A stretch of DNA of 64,000 nucleotides from Octopus sinensis (GCF_006345805.1 NC_043006.1:3534001-3598000), one strand, 5' to 3'; shown: positions 38,655 through 53,233, numbered from the stretch's first letter. Translations and numbers: made by a program. Notes: generated by a model not told the origin, from the sequence alone.

Positions 38655-39983
38655 TATATATATATAAAGAGAGATAGTGCGTCATATACATTATCTTCAT
38701 CTAATTACAGTATCTTCGGTGTGATGTGTAGCTACCTGAGTACCCCTCGTTGAGTAATTATTACATCAGAGGATGCTGGCCAGGATATATATGTAGCCTA
38801 AATTTTACCTGCTCCACTCCTCAATTTGGATTTTTATTCGCATTCATAGCAACTCAAGTTACTAACAGTGAGGTTTAAAAACTTATTTCAGCTTATCGAA
38901 CTTCGATATGAGAAAAGCCAACAACCTTAGACGCCAATAAATTATTATTGTTCCTGAACGTTTTTATATCTATTGATATTACCAACTGCTCGAAGCTTAC
39001 TGAGGAGCAGTAGTTTTGGTAAAGTACTGTCATACCACCAGAAAATTCTTAATAAATTGAAATTTCCCTGGGTTGGAGAAAAATGAAATCTACTGCAATT
39101 TTGAATGTCCCTCAAACAGAAAGGCAGTTGAGTCTAACAAATTAAAAATTCTTCTCTAAATTTAATTTACTCCTTCAAACGAAATTCAGTTAATTATTTA
39201 CAAGTAGAGGACAACTATGAACATGTTTCAGTTATTACACCTCGTCAGCTTATTACAGTGTTTTTTAATATTTCGTAACCAATTGATAAAGATTTTTACT
39301 CATAGAAACAGTGACAAAAATAGTTTTAGACCAGTATATCTGGACACAGCAAAAAAAAAAAAAGAAAAAAAAAAAGAAATGATCTAAGGGGAAATAATTC
39401 AAATTAGTCAATGAGATGAATTTGAGAAATGCTTATAATCTGTGAGCGAAGTTGAAACTAAATGAATTGGTTTTGATATTTACATCAGAGTCATTTTGGC
39501 TTAAAGAATTTATGCTCCAATTTGGCGGTGATAAACCGAGCAATGACTAAAGAATTTAGCACTTGAATGAATGACATGTTCATGGCAAAAATGTTAACTT
39601 ACAATATACTAAGTTTTAGATTTACTACAAAGCTTTAAGGTGAATTTGTAATCACTACATTGTGCATATGATTCGAGTGCATGTCTCTTTTTTCATTTCT
39701 CTTCGTAATTGCTTCCTGTTCTCTTATGTAAAGCAGTAAAGCAACATCTACATCGCCATGTTGCAAATCTCGTAATTTAAATACGTGTAGAGTATATATA
39801 ATAATACATGTTAGTGCAGCTTTTGTTAAATTTGTTTACATCAAATATACAATTTTCTTGCGTAGATTCAAAGCTGCGTATTATATTGATCATGTATAAT
39901 TGATTCTTAGATGTCTTGTAGTTCTTGATATGGTTTATTCTTTTTTATTCATTCCTTCTACATTTTGCCTTTTTCTTTTGCAG

Positions 39984-40018
39984 ACTTCTTATAGAATACG
40001 ACAAGGAAAATATTACCA
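39984..40018 (+). other. Candidate micro-exon (35 nt)
   Basis: ttttgcctttttcttttgcag|ACTTCTT...ACCA|gtaaat. One frame reads LLIEYDKENIT. Confidence 0.2.
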
Positions 40019-40109
40019 GTAAATAAGTGGAATGCCGTACTATGTTATATAATTTCTCATAGACTGAAGTTATTATATACTTAGCATGTATCTGTGCATA
40101 GATACATGC

Positions 40110-40178
<69 letters not shown>

Positions 40179-40217
40179 TATATATTATATATATATTATA
40201 TATATATATATATATAC

Positions 40218-40320
<103 letters not shown>

Positions 40321-40859
40321 CGTATATGTGCATTTATATGCATATGTATATATTTGTATGTATACATGTGTATATATATATATATTAACATATATGCATT
40401 TGTGCGTGTGTGTGTGTTATACAAAACTTTTATACACTTTTCCTCCAGCTTTAACGATTTGGCAATTGTCTGTATTCTACAGATTATCATTTTGCGTATA
40501 CCGATACTTCTGCAGACACATGTCTATGCACACACATACATATGCACAAATACCAAACATATGATTCTTTTATAAAAGTCTATACATATTTTTCATACAA
40601 ATGTCACTTAAGGATAAAAGAGAATAATATGTACGAGTAATATTCTACACGAAGATGGTTGTATCCATGACAACTCTAAGGAAACTTTCCTGATAATAAA
40701 TAAATTTATGAAATAAATAAATAAATAAATTTCTTCCCATATTTGAGATTAATTTCTTTAACATGAAAATCAAATTCCATCTCTTTATTTTTGTTTTTTA
40801 ATGCAAAAGTTAGAAACGGTGGAATAATACTCTCTCTCATTGCGAAATTTCCTGAACTT

Positions 40860-41480
40860 ATGATAATAACGTTGTTACATGTGGAGACTGAACGTTTGGA
40901 AGTCGGTGACTGTAAGCAAAAGTAGGCATCCATGGAATTCTTGTAGGAAATAGTTCTGGAGAGAAAGGAGAGTCAGTAATGTAGGTTTTGTGATTTGAGA
41001 TAAGGTAAGAATGGTTGTAGGAGAAGAGAACAATATTGCTTTTGCTGTAATTCTGGCTAGATAAAAGATGGCTGTTGAATAACCAAGCACCAAGTTTCGG
41101 GGAGGTTTAGGTCTTATGATGCGTTGCTGTTACATTCTGAAACTGATGAAATTTCAGGACTGAATTTGGAACAGATAAAGATGTTACTAGTAATTGGCTG
41201 GAATTAACTGTTGTAAATTTCCAAACATTGGGAAAGATTTCTGCGGGGAGAAAGGGAGAAAAAGAAGGGATAGAAAGAATGAAAAAGAAAGTTTATTGAC
41301 GTACATTTTTCGTACATTTTTTGAGGGTAACAAAAGGAAGTCGTCAGAGATGATCAGTTTTTAAACATGAATTAATAGAAAGTTTGTACTTGACAACTGT
41401 GAGTAAGTTATTGTGAAAGAGGTGGCATGGAGACTGATGACTGGAAGTATTTTATTGTGTGTGCAGTGTGACTTAAAAGG
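40860..41480 (-). mobile_element. Old CR1/Jockey-like RT fragment
   Basis: Degenerate FPNVWKFTTV..PANY motif in a pyrimidine-rich sense strand. Confidence 0.4.
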
Positions 41481-41498
41481 AAAGCCGTCAACAAATAT

Positions 41499-41912
41499 AA
41501 ATTCACCGCGCACGCGCAGCTTCAGTCAGCAGTAAATGAAAAATGCCGAACTCATCTTCGAAATCCTAAAATCATATTTGTAAAATATATAGGGTGGCGA
41601 ATATTTTTAGAAATTTCACCACCAGTGGCCTAGCATGTATAAAACGTCTATAGACAACAACTTTTACCTTGTTATTTTTTTACGGTTATACCTAGGTTTC
41701 AGATTTCTTTAGCAAAGGCGACTGAAACTGTGCTTGCGCGGTGAATTTTGAAAATTTAAAACATATAATGATGAGACATGTGTTATTTGTCTCTAAATTA
41801 TATGTTAATGTTATGGCACGGTTACTGAGGAGGATTCGCCTAGAAAATTATTTAATTTGTTAAAGAAATCTGAAACCTAGGTATAAACGTAAAAAATAAC
41901 AAGGTAAAAGTT
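41499..41912. repeat. Interleaved inverted repeats A-B-A'-B'
   Basis: A 41499-41527 pairs with A' 41720-41748 (26/29). B 41659-41711 pairs with B' 41861-41912 (one mismatch, one indel). Confidence 0.9.
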
Positions 41913-42033
41913 TTTACTTTTCATTCCCATCGAAAATTGCTCTTAAATGTGGTTTTGGTCCTTTTGACTGCTTCTTCTAGCGTATAAAAAATTACCTGTT
42001 AAAGGTGGATTTCTCTTGTGTTTAAATGTACAC

Positions 42034-42112
<79 letters not shown>

Positions 42113-42405
42113 TTTATCTTTGAAAAGCAGTGGATGTATTCACTGAATTTAGGTAAATAATCCTTCGTCAGACGGTCAGTAGCGGCGCCTGCTGGGTTCG
42201 GCTGCTCTGCATTGATAAGGGGCAAATACCCTAAAACTAGTCTGCATATGCCTGACCAACAAGGGGAAGCGGCTGACCTCCCCTGTTCGAAGGTTATAAT
42301 AGACACAGGTTCGTGTGTCACATAGAGGCGATGGCCTCTTGGAGATAGTCAACGGCAGAATTTGTGACTTATTTCTGGACTGCCATATTAGCTTGGTGAT
42401 AACTA

Positions 42406-42451
<46 letters not shown>

Positions 42452-42929
42452 ATACATACTTTATTTAAAGCAGCAGAAAATTCAATAAAACCTGTTACTC
42501 TGAGTTTCCCGTTGCTGTTCATCGGACAGTTTTTGCTGTCTTTTATGTGTTTACTCCGGTATATATATACATATATATATATATACTGTTCCCTTATTGG
42601 AAGGATTAACAAAACAACATATTTCATCCAGTAGCAGATGAATATTATTTTACAAACACAGAATTTAAATGTGACCTACTTCAATCTCATGCTCTGATAA
42701 TGCAGTAATCGAACGAGCTTTTATAACGTCCTGCAATGTATCCTGCAATCTTTCAGGCTCAAAATAAACGTGGCTCTTAGCTAAGAAAAAGAAAAGGGAG
42801 ATGAAAGTTGTATTAGTTCAATAACTGCTGAAAAGCACACGCGATTCTTTGATAGGCTGTTGAAAATTTAAGAGATTTTGGGGAAATTGAGATATCTGCC
42901 GAAAGTAATACTTCTTTACTTTCCTTAGA

Positions 42930-44740
42930 ACTTGCTAAGTCCACAATAGATATTGCTGCATTATTTGAAGCCCATTTTTCTAGTGATGGTTAGCATACTG
43001 GGACGAGGGGTGACCATCCTATTTTTTGACGTAGAAAAGATGAGCCCGGAGTTAGTTTTGCAATTATGAAAACATAAATCTAATATATTACTGAATAACG
43101 ACCTGACTTATATTATGGATCTATGTCTATATTTCTGTGCTTTGGTCACTCTGTAACATTGATCGGTTCAATGCACCACTAGAGTATGATTGCGATGATG
43201 ATAAAGCTTTGTTTTATAAGCAACTAAAAGACATTATTCGAAAACGTTTGAATTTGTAGTAATTTCAAAGCACAAGTTGAGCATTTTAAAATATAGGTGC
43301 CTTTAGGGCATTATGGGTTAAACAACTGTAACTTTTTACGTTCGCTAGAAATGTGCACAGAATTGAATTTCACTGTTTTGTAACACGTTTTTTGATGAAA
43401 GATATTCCCAAAGAAGTTTGGATGCACCAAAATTCCAGGAAATAATTAGAATAATTAGGTTTGAAAGATATGGGACATGTCTGGGATTTACTAAGTTCAT
43501 ACACGAGTTAAACTGAATTTCAAAATATGACCCAAAATTAGAAAATGGAAAATTTTCGCTTAGACGGTTTGATGTAAAGTAATAGAAAATATTTGTCAGG
43601 CATGGATACTAACGAAATGGAATTTCTTCGAAAACATGATTTATCAAATTTTAAAAGTATTGAAGGTTACGAAGTCGCCAAAGCAAAGCCTTGTTTGACG
43701 ACAATAATAATTCTATAGAAAGCTTATTACCCTTGCAAAGAGATCAACGTTAACAACAAGTTTATTTGGCTAATATAAAACTACTAAGCTACAGATTCAG
43801 AAGGAAATCAGAGGCATAAAAATAAGTGGTGGATTAAACGTGTCTGTGATCTTCAGAAAGAGGATATTAAGAAACTTAGCTCTCTTATAAATCAAGTTTA
43901 TGGTCCTTACTAAATTTCCTGTGCTTTCATTAGGTTAAGGATGGTAAAACATTCATCAATGATCCAAATAAGATCCTGCAATAGCAGCAAGAATATTTTA
44001 GTGATCTGTTAAATTGCTTCAAGCAAGTCCTTTTTGGAACTCGTAAAGTAGATTCTAATAAAACACTTTATGATCCATCTACTTTCAGTTAATTATGAGA
44101 TATTTTGTGCAAACTTGAATTGGAAATGGTTCTGGTATTGATGGTATTCCGGCAGAATGACTGAAGTTTAAGGGAAATAGGATGCTGGATCTTCTGGACA
44201 ATATATATGAATGCCCATAATGAATAGGAAAATGATACAGGTCCACACACATGCATCGTACAAAAGAAAATGTGGTAACGTTATATGGTACTTCAATTCC
44301 TACGGTTTTTTCACCGAAATATTGCTGAGAAAATTTAAGAATTATTCTAATAGACGCGCATTCAACGCGTTAGAGTATTCCTTTTTCCTGAGTTTCAACC
44401 ATGTTCGAGGAACCAATGATATTTCAGTTTGTCAAAAACAACAGAAATGCTTTTGAACTGATGTTTCATTTCTTTTTTTCTTTTTCTTCATTGACCTCGT
44501 CAAGACATTTGATTTTGTGAAACTTGGTGCTTTAGGAAGAATTATCAGAAATGTTCGCTGCCCTGACAAATTTGCAAATATAATCAAGTAGTTTCCAAGG
44601 AGAAATGAGAACATGTGTTCTAATTGGGGTAGAATAACCGGAAACATTTTCACTCAGGGCTGGTGTAAAAGAGGATGATATAATTGCTACTATTTCATTT
44701 GCTCCATGCTTCACAATATTTTTTTAAAAACATTTTCAAA
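42930..44740 (+). mobile_element. RTE/BovB-type LINE, heavily degenerate
   Basis: Endonuclease IDIAALFE..GVSFAI and WMH motifs; GIDGIPAE, RGTNDI, FIDLVKTFD, CPDKFANII and GVK.G RT motifs. Confidence 0.7.
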
Positions 44741-44789
44741 GAATACCCTGAAGATATTTATACATCTTTTTTTTTTTTAATTTTATTTT

Positions 44790-45000
44790 ACTTGTTTCAC
44801 TTGTTTCAGTCATCAAGAGTGCAACCATACTGGAACACCGCTCTGAATGAAGGGGCTTTAGTCGAACAAATCGATCCCATGACTTATTTTTTTATAAATC
44901 CGATACTTATTCTATCGGTCACTTTTGCTGAACCGATAAGTTACGGAGATGTAAACACACAAACACCAGGTGATAAAAAACAGACAAAAAGATACACAAA
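44790..45000 (-). mobile_element. SINE family A, 3' part (its 5' part is at 45310-45475)
   Basis: Matches the family A consensus seen elsewhere in the window. Confidence 0.75.
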
Positions 45001-46244
45001 CATATATAGACACCCACACATATGCTTGTATTCTTTAGTTTGTTTCAGCCATTTGACTGCGGCCATGCTAGAGGATCATATATATATATATGTGTGTGTG
45101 TGTGCGTGTAGGCTATATTAAATCTCTGGGCGAGATATAAACAGTAACAATACGGAATCGTAACATATAATTGCCAACCGAGTGTGGCGTCCTATATAGG
45201 ACAGTGCTACTGACGCTTATAGCCCCAGGAAGAAATCTCCTCCAGCTGGCTAACGACACACATTTTGTGTCCGATGATTAGTGTATATATATATATGTAT
45301 ATATATATATATACACGACGGTCTTCTAGTTTCTATCTACCAAATCCACTCACAAGGCTTTGGTTAGCCCGAGGCTATTGTAGAAGACACACCCAAGGTG
45401 CCTCATTGTGAGACTGAACCTGGAATCATGTGGTTGCCAAGTAAGCTTCTTACCACACAGCTACGCCTGCGCCCCTATTGTACAGAACAATTGGTAAGTT
45501 ATTCAAATTAAAATGGCTTAACTGTAAATCGCACATTCTTGCATCACCCATTAGAGATCTCTTGTTTACAGTGAAGTTCTTGCACACATCGGGAAAATTC
45601 TTCGAATTTTGGGGAATGTAACATGCTACAGCTCACAATAAATCTTGATAAGATTTTTCTCTATCAGCCTAGCTCGTTATCATTTTTGAGTAGACCATGG
45701 AAATATATATTTCTATAAATGTCTTATCTGTATGTTAAACGATAAAAAAAAATTTCAAATAAAAATTCAAAATTCATAGATATCCACAAAATTTCCGTCA
45801 ATCAACTTTCTCTAATAAAACTTTGGTCGTTCCGATGCTAAGGCAGAGGACAGTTGGTCAAGGTATTATATTATGAGATCAAAACCTGAATGCACGAGTA
45901 GCAACACAATTTGCATTTTACTTGCTGCTTTTGGAGGAGCCCTTAGTGCTCTGCTAGACCGGCGAGATTGATGTTCCTCTTGGACTTGTGTAAATCAAAT
46001 AAGCAACAGCAACAAAAGCTTGTACCGAAAAGAAGTTCCAGAAGGATGACACTCTGGGAAGAAGGAGCGGGAATATTAATGCTTCAATGAGAAGAGGCGA
46101 AATTAGTGGCTTGGGAATACCTGATTGGAGGATGCAGTACCAAGAAACAGAGGTCATTGTGGTAGTGGTAGAAAAAGCTGATAGAGAAGACCGCTCTTGT
46201 AGAAAAGCGGCTGGAGCGTGTCTACGAAAAACTTGGGAGTAATG

Positions 46245-46450
46245 ACAGAATGGTTAGCGCGCCGGGCGAAATGCTTAGCAGTATTTCGTCTGCCACAACG
46301 TTCTGAGTTCAAATTCCGCCGAGGTCGACTTTGCCTTTCATCCTTTCGGGGTCGATTAAATAAGTACCAGTTACGCACTGCGGTCGATGTAATCGACGTA
46401 ATACCTTTGTCTGTCCCCTCTATGTTTAGCCCTCGGTGGGCAATAAAGAA
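46245..46450 (+). mobile_element. SINE family B
   Basis: gttagcgcgccgggcgaaatgcttagc..ggggtcgattaaataagtacc. Confidence 0.85.
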
Positions 46451-46739
46451 TTTTTTATTTATTTTGTAGATATCTGTGTATAGCCCAGCTACAACGTCTC
46501 TGATGCGAGACTATTATTACCTCATCTTGAGCCTGAACATTTGCTGGGAATTATGTGGAACGAGAGAAGGGGAGGGAGAGAGTATGCAGGTGAACTGAGA
46601 TTAGGTAAAGGGGTTCGTGTTGTGTTCGTAAGGTGAAACAGAGTGATGTTAAGGAAAGGAATAGGAACAGAGGCAAAAAACACACGGGGAAGAGGAAAAT
46701 CGTCGGTAAGCAAGTAGAGCGTGCGTGATCTCGTGATGT

Positions 46740-47060
46740 CATGATCACCATCATCATCATCATCGTCGTCATCATCATTATGAAGTTGGTGGACAGGCAA
46801 TTGAGAAGATGATGGGAATGCGAATCTAATAATGTTAATATCTGGTGATGGTGAAGGCCTTCATGCATCGAAGCAACTGCATTGCCACGAAGCAGAGTAA
46901 CAGCGATGGCTTTGAGAATTGCGGACATTATAGCGGTTTGATAATGGTGGTGTTGATGATAATGATGTTAGTAATGATGGTGGTGGTGGTGGTGGTGGTG
47001 GTGGTGGTGGTGGTGGTGGTGGTGGTATGGTGATAGGCGAAGAGGGGTGATGGTGGCGTT
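46740..47060. repeat. (CAT)n and (GGT)n trinucleotide tracts
   Basis: Directly visible. Confidence 0.9.
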
Positions 47061-47198
47061 ATAGTAAAGGCGTTGTCTGCTGCTCATCTTGTAAGGTAGT
47101 TTACTGACACACTTCATCTCATCCTCAGGCACATAAAAATCCCATTTGTCAGTTTTGTCTGCTTTTTGAATTCTCTCTGTATAAGTGTGTATGTATAT

Positions 47199-47279
<81 letters not shown>

Positions 47280-47426
47280 ATATACATGTATATACATGTA
47301 TACATACATATCCTTCATATAAACAAATTATTACCTCTATATCCGCTCAACTTGATCCCTCTTACACACATGAGTGTATGTATGTGTATATATGTATATA
47401 TATATATGTATATATATGTATGTATG

Positions 47427-47460
<34 letters not shown>

Positions 47461-47964
47461 TGTATGTATGTATGTATGTACATGTCTGTATAACCACCAG
47501 AATCTCTAAATTGCTGCCTGAGTAGGCAGGTATATCCGACTTATCTGCCTATCTACATACCTACCTATTCCTCCATCTATCAACCAATCTATCTATCCAT
47601 GACGCTCTCCCTCTCTCTCTCTCTCTCTACCTATCTATCTTTCTTTCTTTCTGCCTGCCTGCCTGCCTGCCTGCCTGTATGTCTGTTTGTCTGTCTATGA
47701 CCATCTATCTGTATTTATTTATCTATCTATTTGCATGCCGATATCTTGCTCACTCCTCCTTTATCTCTCCCACTCACACACAAGCACGCACGCGCGCACA
47801 CACATACACGCATACGCACACACACGCATACACGCATACGCACACACACGCATACACACATACACGCATGCTCACTCAACATAATGCAAACCAGATGCTG
47901 TTCTTAATTTATGTCAACAATTTCACCAATTTTTATATTCATTCTTTTATATTTATATATATAT

Positions 47965-48037
<73 letters not shown>

Positions 48038-48479
48038 CGCACACTATTTTTTTTTTAAATAAAAAAATGTTACGTTGGCATGGTAACATCTAACAGAATT
48101 TTACTTATTTCTTTATATTTTTGTTGTCTTTTTATAAACTTACCACTCCGCCTATTTTCACACTCTTTATTTATTTGTTGATGGTGCGGCTGGCTGTAAC
48201 ATCAGATTTCAGGGTAACGCACCATGTTTAGTGATGCGGGATATGAAACAACGTCAAGATATGCCAGCAATACCGTTTGTTTTGGAAAGGGTTTCTTTTC
48301 TCTCTTCTTTTACTTGTTTTCTTTTTCTTTTCTTTTTGTACTCATTTTCTCTTTTTCTGCGAGCATTTTTTCCTTTTTTTTATTTTTTTTAATATTTTAT
48401 GCTTGTACGTGGGTGTAGTGGGTTATGGTTACGTTACCCAAATCAATTAATTAGCAATGCGGCGTATCTACGATTTCAG

Positions 48480-48825
48480 AGATGAGGATGATGTTGATGA
48501 TGTTGATGATGTGTATGATGAAGAATAGGAGAGCGAGGATGATGATGTGTACGATTATCAGGGTGGTAGTGGTGGTGATGGTGACGGTTTGGCTGCTTGT
48601 AGTGGGAGGGTTAAAACGATGAACGACATGAATTCCTACGATACCCACCATTTCCTCCGTTAATTTGATACTTCCTTATCATCATCATCATCATCACCAC
48701 CATCCATCATCATAACCACCATCAACATCATCATCATCAACATCATCATCAACATCATCGTTGTCGTCGCCGTTATTATTACCATTACCTCATTGTTGTT
48801 GTCGTCCTCATCTATATTATCACGA

Positions 48826-48866
<41 letters not shown>

Positions 48867-49190
48867 ATTATCATTGTCTCATCGTCACCAAAGTTGCCAT
48901 CATCATCAGCAGTAGCACCACCACTACCTACTACCACCACCACCACCACCACTACCACTACCTACCACCACACCACCACCACTACTGCCTACTACCACCT
49001 CCACCACCACCACCACCCACCACCACCACCACCACCCCACCACTACCTACTACCACCACCACCACCACCACCACCACTACCTACCACCACCACCACCACC
49101 ACCACCACCACCACCACTACCTACTACCACCACCACCACCACCACTACCTACGACTACCACCACCACCACCACCACCACCAACGCTGTTG
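48480..49190. repeat. Compound (GAT)/(CAT)/(CAG)/(CAC/CTA) trinucleotide region
   Basis: Directly visible. Confidence 0.9.
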
Positions 49191-49544
49191 TTATTGTTGT
49201 TTCCTTCAGCGTTATTTTAACCCAAATCGAACATCTTGTAAAAAGCGAGGGGCTAAAACAATCTTGTCCATAACCATTTCATCCTTCTTGTCATGTATAT
49301 ATATATATATAAATATATATATATATAATTACATTATATAAAAGTAGTTCAGGATACAATAATTTAATGATATATATATTGTGATTTGAGACTGGCAGAT
49401 CAAGCATCCATGCTGACGATCTCTGCGCCTTTCATTTGAACTTCAGTCGGTGTTGTTGTTCTTGTTCTTGTTCTTGTCGTTGTCGTAGTTATTTGTGCCA
49501 GATTAGCCCTGATGAAAGAAACCAAAGACTAAAAGTATTCCATA

Positions 49545-49706
49545 GGCGCAGGAGTGGCTGTGTGATAAGTAGTTTGCTTACAAACCACATGATTTCGGGT
49601 TCAGTCCCACTGCGTGGCACCTTGGGCAAGTGTCTTCTACTATAGCCTCGGGCCGACCAAAGTCTTGTGAGTGGATTTGGTAGACGGACACTGAAAGAAG
49701 CCCGCC

Positions 49707-49738
<32 letters not shown>

Positions 49739-49985
49739 ATATATATATATATATTATATATATAAGTGTGTGTGTCTGCGTGTGTGTGTCTGTGTTTGTC
49801 CCCCTAACATCGCTTGTCAACCGATGCTGGTGTGTTTACGTCCCCGTAAATTAGCGATTCGGCAAAAGAGACCGATAGAATAAGTACTAGGCATATAAAG
49901 AATAATACCTAGGGTCGATTTGCTCAACTAAAGGCAGTACTCCAGCATGGCCGCAGTCAAATGACTGAAACAAGTAAAAGAGGCA
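49545..49985 (+). mobile_element. SINE family A, complete reference copy
   Basis: A box tggctgtgtgataag, B box ggttcagtccc, central microsatellite, tail ctccagcatggccgcagtcaaatgactgaaacaagtaaaag. Confidence 0.9.
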
Positions 49986-50009
49986 AGAGAGTAGCAAGGA
50001 TCATCCTTT

Positions 50010-51200
50010 GGGTTATCTGATAAATCCGTTATGTCTTCCAGTGTTATTTGAATGAACTCGAAAAATATTTTTATCGCTTTTTATGGGTTTTGAAGATTTA
50101 GTCTTCCTCTACAACTTTTGTTTAGCGCTTTTGAAATTTGAATAAGCTTTACCTTTTTCCAGACACTTGATGACAGAGTAGAAAGAACATTTTCTATACC
50201 CGCTTCTCTTCGCTTTCAATCAAGTTTCCAGACTTGTCCAAGTCATTTCTGCTGTGTACGGAGAAAGCGTTATTGCTAAAAGAACTGCAAAGAGACGTGG
50301 CGGGATGGGGCATTTCATCCCAACAAGAAATAATTTCCATCTCACATACTCTCCGCATTTCGGGAGACCGATTCAGTTCAATGATGATTGATTGAACGAG
50401 ATCAAAAAATGGGATTCTCGCCGATTCTACAAGGGAATTGGCCCAGCAGATCAGATGCTTTCATAATGCTGTCTACTTCCAGCTTCCCTCGATGGGTAAG
50501 GTCCAAAAACACCGTTTATGGGTACCACACGATCTCAACGAAAGGGTCAAATTCGGGCAGTCATCTCTCACCGCTACTTTGTTCTGTCGACCAATTCTAC
50601 TTGTGGACTCCAACAGAGATTTCTTTACTGCATCGTCACCGCCAATAAAAAAGTGTTGTCTTTACGTCATTACAAAGAAGAGGAAAGAATGGCTGAATCC
50701 TGATAAACAAGCCACGACTCGAGCCAAACCAGAGCTTCATCCGTGCAACACAGTGATCTGCTTTTGGTGGGATTAGGAAAGGCTAATCTTCTACGAAATA
50801 CTTGAAAACAACTACACGGTCATTGCAAAGCTTTATGTTCAGCAAACACAGTTGCTCAACGAAGCAGTCCAGTTGAAACGACTCAACCCACAACATGGCG
50901 TACTTTTTCAACACGACAATGCTCACTCCCACGTCGATAATTTGACCAAAAATTCTATTGAAGAACTCGGTTGGGAAGTTCTGTTGCACCCACTGTATTC
51001 TCCTGGTATGGTACCTTGGGATGATTACCTTTTTTGGCCGCACTCCAACAGTCTGCGAAGAATTTCGGTGAATAACAGTGTAAAGCTGCAAACATGACTT
51101 GTGTAATTCTACGAGACAAACCCGGTGAATTCTACCGTCAAGCCATTGATAAAATAAGGAACCAGGAAGAAGTTATGAACAATAAAGGAAAATATATAAT
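50010..51200 (+). pseudogene. Mariner transposase pseudogene (DD34D)
   Basis: WVPHDL, IVTANKK, FQHDNAHSH-x34-D (YSPGMVPWDDYLF). Frameshifts and stops. Confidence 0.85.
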
Positions 51201-53233
51201 TGAATTTGTTTTTGTCTTTGGTTTGCAAGAATCTTGATGTGAATTCGCGTGTAGAAGCAAATCTTGTTTTATGGTAGGGTCATTATGCTAGTTACACACA
51301 CACACTGGGCGTCTTTCATTTTCCGTTTACCGAATCCACTCACAAGGTTTTGGTCAGCTAGAGACTGTGATGTGGCACTGAATCTAATACGACATAGTTC
51401 GGAAGCAAGCTTTTTGACCAAGTAGACATGCATATGCCTACAGGCCACACTCGTGCCAATTGCAATGCTTGCTTATACCATCACCACGACATAACTTCTA
51501 ATACAAGAATGTCGGAAGATGAACGCTTAAGTTTCAGTAGCCAAAAACATTGTGGTTAATCGTTTCTTTCCAGCTTTCATATATCTTGACGTTACATACT
51601 TATGACAGGTTCTTCTGTTGCAATCAATCACCCTCCAGCCTCAGCTTTGAATTCTGGGCTTCTCAGTTAATTTCCTTTCAATGATTACACCATGCCCAGC
51701 AGTTTTTCTATTTTTGTCCTATGTTTTAGCTTTGTAGGGCTTTTCTTGCGATCGTTTCATCATGGTGTTCAATGGTCTCAAATTTAATTTAGATTTTAGC
51801 TTTTGCACAATTTCTCCCTCCTCAACACTGCCTCTTATTTCAGCTTCTTTTTGATATTTGTTGGTGTCTTTGAAGACAGAAAACAGATGTTTGTTTTATT
51901 AATGATTTTTAACTATTTGTGTCAGCTTTGCGTTATTTGTTTCGAGATATTTTTTGCCTGTCTTCTATCGTGATTATGTTTTAATGTGGGCGATAAATTT
52001 GCAGAATCGTTTGACTGCGGTATTCGTTCCGGATCTCTGTTCACTGAGTTCCAATCACACCGAGACCATTTTCTTTTTCTTTTCGGGTTTCAGAAATAAA
52101 GCAATAGGCCTGTGCTTGAGCAGATCCTTCTATCTCACTGACCCTTGAATTGCACCTGTAATTCAAAAGTTCAGTCTTTTCACATTATGTCCAGATGATT
52201 CGTCCCGAGAATTACGCTTATAGAATACGTGACTGGAATACTCAGCCACTTACACGTTAATTACACCGGTAACGACTGAATGTTCCTCGTCCAAACCGAC
52301 AGAAGATCTATCGTTCAATAGAAAAGTTTTCATGTAGTTGGACTGAACCTGCACAGATGTGCTTGCGTAGCAAACCACTTGAGCAGAAGGTTCTGACGGC
52401 ACCCAATGCTTCATTGTCAGAGATAAGACTTCAACTGTAACCGATTCTAGTTGCTTTCTCTTTCTGAAACGAGAGTCAAACTAACTGAAATTCAATACAA
52501 TATAAAGGGAGAGCTTCTAATTGGGTTCTCTTTGACCTCTTAGAAATAATAGCCAGATTCTTTCAATTCTCATACTAACGTTTTAAAAGAGAAAGGACGC
52601 ATTGGATGGTGCACACTTAGATCTACAAAAGTGAAACTGTGTGGCTTAGTGGCAATGATGCTAGGCTCAGGATCGTTAGGTCGTGGATTCGATTCTCGGA
52701 TCGAGTGTTGTATTGTACCTGTGAACAAGACACTAAAGTCCATGTTACTCCGGTATATTCAACTAAAAACTAGTACCAGTGACACATAGGTGTCCTGGTA
52801 CAGACTGCTTCTCTGGCTCTCTTGTTTTCTGACTCAGACTGACATCGGTTAGGAGATGGAAAGTCTCGTTCTGTTAGTCTGATCGCCTTGAAAATCCTTA
52901 TGATCTTCGCTTTCATGATGCTGTAGGATGGATGTGACGTCTTTACATTTCCTAAAATATGGGATGGTCTTAGCCAGAAGGACTTAGACTAACCAACAGC
53001 AGTGAGATTTGTTTAAGTCTTTAAACATTTAAACAGGAAATGCTTTTGTAGCTATGTTGTATGGTTTGCATTAGCCTTCATGATCAAGGCCATACTGGAA
53101 CCTCACCTTCCATATCTAACCATTACTTTCATTGATTTATATTTTTTCTGTTTTTTTTTCTCTTACATTTCATTTTTCTTCCGTTGCTAACATTTTGATT
53201 TCGGGGCATTAAACGTTTGCTTATATTTCTTGT

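Noticed and set aside
48761-49273. Poly-Q/H/P/T ORFs resembling a low-complexity protein
   Set aside because: All frames are open because the tract is stop-free trinucleotide repeat; there is no non-repetitive coding context or splice support.
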